NCBI GenBank assembly: GCA_044222475.1
Contig: JBGANF010000016.1
Coordinates: 1-64,000, forward strand
DNA: 64,000 bases
From: Polyangiaceae bacterium
Lineage (GTDB): Bacteria; Myxococcota_A; Polyangia; Polyangiales; Polyangiaceae
Direction: 5' to 3'
The notes beneath the pieces were generated by a model. That model was not told the DNA's origin. It made no database searches and saw only the letters and a list, made by a program, of their open reading frames with translations. This document shows positions 60,741-64,000 of this stretch, piece by piece (within the stretch, counting starts at the first letter, position 1; the number at the start of each line of letters is the position of its first letter). Both the position numbers and the translations under genes were made by a program.

Positions 60741-62482
60741 CGGATGCCTCGGCCGAGGACGCCCGACGCCCGGAGGTGAGCGGTCGCGAACGCCTCTTGG
60801 CGTGCCTGCTCGGGGCCGAGGGCAGGAATCCGCATCTTCGCCTGGTGGAGCAGGAAGCGCTCGGCCTGGGCGATCCCTTCGGCCGGCGCGAGGTCGAGCT
60901 CTTCGGCGACGATCTGACCGCACCGCGCAGCGCAGCGCATGCCACCGCACGCGCCGAGGCCGAGCCGCGTGCGCCGCGCGACGCCGGCGACGCTGCGCGC
61001 GAGCTCGTGCTTCACCGCGTGACGAACCTCGGCGGCGGTCACCGGCTCGCAGGGGCACACGACCTCTTGCCGGTCTCGCGCATCGGCTTGGCCGAGGATG
61101 TCGAGCGCGCGGGCGCCGTGGCGGTAGACGACGCGTCGGCCGGCGACCGGCGTGATCGAGAAGCGCTCGGCGAGTGCGACCGGATCGGGAACCTCGTCGC
61201 CTCCGGGCAGCACCTTCTCGTGCGTCGTGCACTTCGTGCTCGGCGCGAGGTCCTGCGCGATGCGGTTCGCCATCTCTTCGGAGAAGATCCGGTACGACGC
61301 GAGCTTGCCGCCGATCATCGAGTAGATGCCGGGCGCTCCGTCCTCGTCGTGGTCGATGATCTCGTGCTCGCGCGAGAGCGAGTCCTCGTGCGGACCGAAT
61401 TGGTACAGCGTGGGGCGAACGCCGGCCCACGTGCCGATCGCTCGTGCTTCGCGTACCGCTGGGAACACGCGCGCGACGCCTTGGACGAGGTATCGAACCT
61501 CTTCGCTCGTCGAGACGACCTCGTCGAGGTCACCGTAGTAGTCGTCGTCGGTGGTGCCGATGACGCTCAGGTTCTGCCACGGCATCAGGAAGATCTGGCG
61601 GCCGTCGATCGTCTCGGCGGCGATGGCGTAGTTCGACAGCCGGCGGTCGAGCGCGATGTGGATGCCCTTGCCAGGGCGCACGCGGACCTTGCCGTTGGGG
61701 AGCCCCCCGAGCGACGCGGTGATCGGCGCCCATGCGCCGGTGGCGTTCACCACCACGCGTGCGGCGATGCGGTGCACGCGCCCGGTGTCCTGATCGGTCG
61801 CGGTGACGACGTACGCGGCCTCGCCGTGCTTCTTCTTCTTCGGCGCCGCGCCGTCCTTCGCCACCGAGGTCACCGTGGTGCGGACGTGGACCTTCGCGCC
61901 GTGCTCCATCGCGTCGAGCGCGTTGAGCACGCAGAGCCTGGCGCCGTCGACGCCCCACTCGTCGAAGGTGATGCCTCCGATCGCGCCGTCGCCGACGAGG
62001 CCCGGCTCGAGCGTGCGGAGCTCGTCCGGGGTGAGGCGGGTGTGAGGCTCACCGCGCTTGAGCGGCTGGTAGTCGTCGTACGCGCGAAAATACGCGTCGA
62101 TCAGCTCGAACATGATCCGCCCCTTCGCGCCGCCGCGAAGCTGCATGAGGAAGGGGATGCGGTGGAGCAGGAACGGCGCGATCTTCTGGATGTACCCGGA
62201 GTCGCGACACGACGACTCGGTGACGCTCGGGTTCGACTGGAGGTAACGCGGGCCGCCGTGGATCATCCCGCTCGAGTTGCCGCTGGCGCCGAACGCGAGA
62301 TCGTTGCGCTCGAAGAGCACGACGGACAAGCCGCGGAGCGCGAGATCGCGCGCGACGCCGCTGCCGTTGACGCCGCCGCCGATGACGACGACGTCGGTCT
62401 TCTCGGTCGGCTCGCTCCCCGAATGGACCGCCATCGCGCGGCGCATGGGGCGGAGGGTGGTAGGCGGGTCGTCGGCGGACAT
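60737..62482 (-). CDS. glpA: Glycerol-3-phosphate dehydrogenase GlpA-like with C-terminal BFD-like 2Fe-2S domain
   Basis: IGGGVNG, HGGPRYL, NATGAW, GGKL, CPCE...RRTRLGLGACGG.RC. Confidence 0.85.
   Translation of the reverse strand: MSADDPPTTLRPMRRAMAVHSGSEPTEKTDVVVIGGGVNGSGVARDLALRGLSVVLFERNDLAFGASGNSSGMIHGGPRYLQSNPSVTESSCRDSGYIQKIAPFLLHRIPFLMQLRGGAKGRIMFELIDAYFRAYDDYQPLKRGEPHTRLTPDELRTLEPGLVGDGAIGGITFDEWGVDGARLCVLNALDAMEHGAKVHVRTTVTSVAKDGAAPKKKKHGEAAYVVTATDQDTGRVHRIAARVVVNATGAWAPITASLGGLPNGKVRVRPGKGIHIALDRRLSNYAIAAETIDGRQIFLMPWQNLSVIGTTDDDYYGDLDEVVSTSEEVRYLVQGVARVFPAVREARAIGTWAGVRPTLYQFGPHEDSLSREHEIIDHDEDGAPGIYSMIGGKLASYRIFSEEMANRIAQDLAPSTKCTTHEKVLPGGDEVPDPVALAERFSITPVAGRRVVYRHGARALDILGQADARDRQEVVCPCEPVTAAEVRHAVKHELARSVAGVARRTRLGLGACGGMRCAARCGQIVAEELDLAPAEGIAQAERFLLHQAKMRIPALGPEQARQEAFATAHLRASGVLGRGIR
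61392..61406. repeat. Dispersed palindrome copy GGACCGAATTGGTAC
   Basis: One mismatch; AT-rich centre. Confidence 0.5.
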
Positions 62483-62592
62483 TGGCGCGAGGATCTAGCA
62501 CGAACGGTCACGATACGGAGCCCATGTCGGATGTTGCCCTCCTTGCGGCTCACGGATCGGCGTGCTGTGATTTCCGCGATGGGAGGTGGGCG

Positions 62593-64000
62593 ATGAGGGG
62601 ATTCGGCATCGTTGTTTTGGCGTGTGGCACGGCGGTTGCTGGGGGGGGCGTGAGCGGTTGTACCAATAAGGTACAAGAGACCACTGCCACCACGACGGGG
62701 GCCCTGACCGGTGCTGGCGTCACCCTCGACACCACGTCTCCCAAGAACGACACCGCGGTTTCGCTTCACAGGCCTCCTATCGGCGGGCCATTTCCCTATC
62801 CGCTGACGGGCCCGTTCGTGCAAGGGGGCGTCAGTCAGACGATCGCTTGCTCGGGAACGTTGATCAGTCCGACACTCGTCCTCACCGCAGCACACTGCGT
62901 GAATGGCTCGACGAGCCCTTCCAGCGGGCCAATGCCGGTCAACCAGTCCGTGGTGGTTGTCGGCAGCGACTACACGACCCTCGTTGTCGCCACACACCGG
63001 CCGATCGGCGCTGTTTCAGCGCGTCAGGGCCTGGTGACCCCATTGCAGACCGCCGATGACCTCGCGCTTCTGGTGCTGGCCGACTACGAGCTCGCGAACG
63101 CGTGGGCCTTTCGGCCGACGCTCGTACTTCCGGAGACGTCGAACCCGTCGTCATGTCCGACGGGCTCCGTGAACGGTTGCGTGGGCTTCTACGCCCAGAC
63201 ACTCGGGGTCGCCGGGTTCTCCAATGCGCCAAACGTGTCCCTTCCGGTCACGACGCGACACGTCGTTCAGTCGACGGGCTTGGGTTTCTCGGCGCTCACC
63301 GCCGTAAACAATTTCGTCCAGTGGGGATATCCCACCTTGGCAAGCTGGATGATTACCGGCGGAGATTCGGGCGGCCCACTCTTCGTCGACCGCGCGGTCC
63401 CTGCGGGTCAGGGAGCGCCCGGTCAGACATTTCGCGACTCGATCGGCGTCAACTCGTCGTCGGCGGCCCCGGTGAGCACTTCTCGCTTCGCGAGCATCGT
63501 CCACGAGCCCAACAAGACCTGGCTGCTCCAGAACGTCCAGTACAAGACGAGCCCGCTCGCCGGACCGCCGCACTCCGCATACTGGTACACCCAGCACGAC
63601 AAGACCGACGAGATGTGGGTCGGTGAGGTCGACTACATCGGCGCGTGCAAGAACGGAGGCAGCACGTCGTTGTGCACCGCTGGAGCGAACGGGGGCGTTG
63701 ACTGCGATTGCGACCATTGGTTCGACCACGGTTCGATTGTTCACGACAACTGCCCGAATACCTTCAATCCGGATCAGGCAGACGGACTTGAGTTCAGCGG
63801 AACGCCGGGCACTGGCGACGCGTGCCGTATTTGCCGATTCGGCGATGCCGATGGAGACGGCATCTGCGATCCATGCGTTCCGGGCGATGTGGCGTGCACC
63901 ACAGCCTTCGGCGCGAACCCGTGGCGCGTCGACAACTGCGCAAGCGTCAAGAACACCGACCAACTGAATGGCAATCTGCTCGCCGAGAAGTCGAACCACC
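62593..64000 (+). CDS. Trypsin-like (S1) serine protease lipoprotein with thrombospondin type-3-like repeats; 3' end outside window
   Basis: SD GGAGGT; MRGFGIVVLAC...SGC; CSGTLISPTLVLTAAHC, DDLALL, GDSGGP; DNCPNTFNPDQAD, DADGDGICD. Confidence 0.88.
   Translation, partial: MRGFGIVVLACGTAVAGGGVSGCTNKVQETTATTTGALTGAGVTLDTTSPKNDTAVSLHRPPIGGPFPYPLTGPFVQGGVSQTIACSGTLISPTLVLTAAHCVNGSTSPSSGPMPVNQSVVVVGSDYTTLVVATHRPIGAVSARQGLVTPLQTADDLALLVLADYELANAWAFRPTLVLPETSNPSSCPTGSVNGCVGFYAQTLGVAGFSNAPNVSLPVTTRHVVQSTGLGFSALTAVNNFVQWGYPTLASWMITGGDSGGPLFVDRAVPAGQGAPGQTFRDSIGVNSSSAAPVSTSRFASIVHEPNKTWLLQNVQYKTSPLAGPPHSAYWYTQHDKTDEMWVGEVDYIGACKNGGSTSLCTAGANGGVDCDCDHWFDHGSIVHDNCPNTFNPDQADGLEFSGTPGTGDACRICRFGDADGDGICDPCVPGDVACTTAFGANPWRVDNCASVKNTDQLNGNLLAEKSNH
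62660..62674. repeat. Dispersed palindrome copy GTACCAATAAGGTAC
   Basis: Strict match, extended ttG...Caa; codons TGT ACC AAT AAG GTA CAA. Confidence 0.7.

Noticed and set aside
63151..63999. Minus-strand 282-aa ORF at the right end
   Set aside because: Shadow of the plus-strand trypsin-like gene, which has clear catalytic motifs

Overview
High-GC (roughly 70% by eye), gene-dense bacterial chromosome segment. It is most likely Myxococcota (Polyangiaceae/Labilithrix-like), inferred from a TIGR04563-like small protein, many Cys-rich lipoproteins and Hanks-type kinases. Housekeeping content: gap-pgk-tpiA-secG, ftsH, tilS, an rlmD/trmA-type methylase, mnmA, a queA-like gene, glpA/glpB-like genes, an S41 protease, and a 6S RNA with a sigma70 promoter and terminator that the ORF track cannot show. 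Accessory content: a FitAB/VapBC toxin-antitoxin pair; a FliA-type sigma factor next to an orphan T3SS inner-rod-like gene; a kinase/MatB/carbamoyltransferase/AKR run next to an orphan PglZ-like protein; a four-gene DUF1501/c-type heme cluster; three tandem paralogous lipoproteins; a Fam20C-like lipoprotein kinase; and a trypsin-like protease running off the right end, absent from the ORF track. The most striking unexplained signal is a dispersed 15-bp palindrome, GT(A/C)CC-N5-GG(G/T)A(C/T), usually with an AT-rich centre. I found it about 14 times, mostly inside genes, where it coincides with rare A/T-ending codons. No CRISPR array, rRNA, tRNA or transposase was seen. All family calls are from motif recognition by eye, not from database searches.
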